Origin: Priapulus caudatus
Taxonomy: Eukaryota
Length of the DNA: 41,098 nt
Assembly (NCBI RefSeq): GCF_000485595.1
Contig: NW_014577064.1
Location: forward strand, 6,605 to 47,702
Direction: 5' to 3'
The notes below the pieces were generated by a model, which searched no databases, was not told the DNA's origin, and saw only the letters and a list, made by a program, of their open reading frames with translations. The position numbers were made by a program, and so were the translations under genes. Every line of letters starts with the position of its first letter. The first letter of the stretch is position 1. Below, piece by piece: positions 39,298 through 41,098 of the stretch.

Positions 39298-41098
39298 TCT
39301 CAAAGCGTCTTTCCGATTTTGCTTCCGTGCCGATTCCAGGAAGCATCACACCGCCGAACGTTTCCGGGTGGCATTGATTACCTTATCGATGCGACATCGA
39401 TACGACAAGAAGCTAACGAACAAACAGGTCGTAAGCCGGACAGGATGGGCGATGCGTCGATCGCTGTTAGCTTACCGTTAAGTGTTCTGTTCCGATGCTA
39501 ACCCTCGAACTGCGACGATCTATCGGCCACCTCCAACGCTGGCGAGATCTCTGTGCGCGTCTGCGGCGATGCGGCTATATATGGAGCCGGTAAGAGCGAG
39601 GGGACGGCAATGAAGCCGGCGGCGGCAGCGTCGTCTGCTTATAAGCCGCGGTCAGTTGCGCGCGCGGCGTCATTGGAGCGCGGGGGAAGTCTACGGCGGC
39701 GCATCGCCTGCGATCGTCATCGACTCAGCAACCGTAGACTTCCACGGGCGTCGCAGTCGAGCGCGCGCCTGTTGAGTGTTTACTAACGCCTGCCTGCCCA
39801 CAGTTTTTGCCCTCACCTCTCCTCCCCCTCACGCTCTCCCTCCCTTGCACCTTGCCCTCCACACGTCCTCCTCCCTTCACCTTCTCCTCATCTCCTCCCA
39901 ATTCCAACCGAGCTTCTCCTCACCTCGTCCCTTCACCTTCTCTCTCCTCAACCTCTCCTGTCATCAAGAATTCCGTTCGTTTTCTATTCGCAATGCAACT
40001 CTCCTTCACCTTGTCCTAGCCATCAAAGTATCTATAGTCATCTTTGCCTGACCTTCAAACTTTTATTCCCTCATCCTCACTTCTGCTCTCCCACAATCTC
40101 CTACTCCCTCAAATTTCATCCAAACAACTGCCTCTGTTTGTCAGCGTTTTATCCTAAAACCTCTCTCAAGTAAAATTAGAAGCAAGTAATCACGGCCAAC
40201 AAACCCCACCCCCCTTACATAGGTTTGGGTGGCCTAGCAGCGACCTTTCGGCCGATAGTTTCATAGTTTCCCAGCTGAAGATGGTTGTGAAACTATTCAT
40301 GTTATAGCGGCCGATACGAAACACGAACTTGCGGTCGTGAAGTGATCAATCGTTCGGCGTTAATTGACGTCCTCGAATTCGCGGAGCGTCTGAGCCAGCG
40401 ACCCTCAAGCCGTCGCTCGTTTGTGCTATCAAGTGTACATGGTTGTTAGCAGAAGAACTATACCCCGCGCATGCGCGGCGTCGCAGCCGCGGTGATGCGT
40501 GTCCTCTGGTGTGTGCGTTGTTTATGTCTGTTATTACGTAGAGACCAACCGAAGAGCAATTGCTCGTGGAGAGATCAACGCGCCGAACGCGCGCCCGGCC
40601 AGTAATCTTTTCTCATGACATATATAGGGGCGGGGGCGATGGCAGGGCGCTGCCGTCGGCAAATGGTGTCACACTGGGTTCGGGACCTCCCGTCGACGCC
40701 ACCCAGAATTGGCTTACTGTCGGTGTATTAGTATCAAGATATTATGTATGTATCAAGAGGCCTAGAAAAAGGGGAAATTATTGAGCCTCGGAATCTGCAA
40801 ATGCGCGCCTTGTTTCATGGCCCGGTGCGTCCGTGCTACTGTTGCGCAAGCGGTGGCTGTCAGAGAGACACGTGTCGTCGCATTGTAGATGCAACGCATG
40901 CTAATGAGCTACTGCTTAGCGTACCCTCGCGACAGCAAGCTCGACAGTCGAGAGGCTTCACGGCCTGTATTGATGGCTGGCGTCAAGCCCGCGACCGCGC
41001 CGCATCCTCTCCTCCTCCTCTCCTCGCTCCTCCCTAGCTTTTTCCTACCTCCTCCTGCTTATTCCTCCCTTCTCACTCCTCGCTCCAAAACATTCTCC

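Larger units (their letters stand above)
36963..39807. repeat. ~2.85-kb composite repeat A, copy 2 (cleaner); probable non-autonomous transposable element
   Basis: Direct repeat of 26494-29485. Contains the ~50-bp array, the MITE and the 19-bp array. Confidence 0.85.

Noticed and set aside
38671..39303. Cys/His-rich 155-210 aa ORFs resembling metal-binding or keratin-associated proteins
   Set aside because: They are translations of the 19-bp minisatellite, and all three minus frames give the same peptides.
26494..39807. Repeat A copies as the LTRs of an LTR retrotransposon
   Set aside because: Shared sequence extends beyond the TG...CA candidates, and no TSD, PBS, PPT or gag/pol is visible between the copies.
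40255..40300. CTGAAGA...GAAAC as a Penelope-type hammerhead ribozyme
   Set aside because: No stem II can form between the boxes, and there is no room for stem I.

Overview
Gene-poor, repeat-dense eukaryotic DNA, probably intronic or intergenic sequence from an invertebrate animal (inferred from the transposon types). It comes from a gap-filled draft assembly with three N gaps (340, 10 and 25 bp) and long indel-rich stretches. No intact protein-coding gene, RNA gene or CRISPR array can be supported, and almost all ORF-track entries are translations of micro- or minisatellites. Real structure includes: (1) a decayed, internally deleted ISL2EU-like (PIF/Harbinger group) DNA transposon at ~0.5-2.1 kb, with convergent THAP and SWIM gene relics, a 31-bp inverted repeat pair and a nested TIR element; (2) a LINE 3' end whose tail is a (TTAC)n microsatellite; (3) minisatellite arrays with 19, 22, 27, 30, 33, 39, 45 and ~50 bp units; (4) a ~2.9-kb composite repeat present twice, carrying two tandem arrays and a 190-bp MITE with perfect 33-bp TIRs around telomere-like repeats; (5) a ~1.8-kb duplication straddling the 25-N gap that is most likely an assembly artefact. 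I found no convincing new biological system. The telomeric-repeat MITE inside the composite repeat is the most unusual item.
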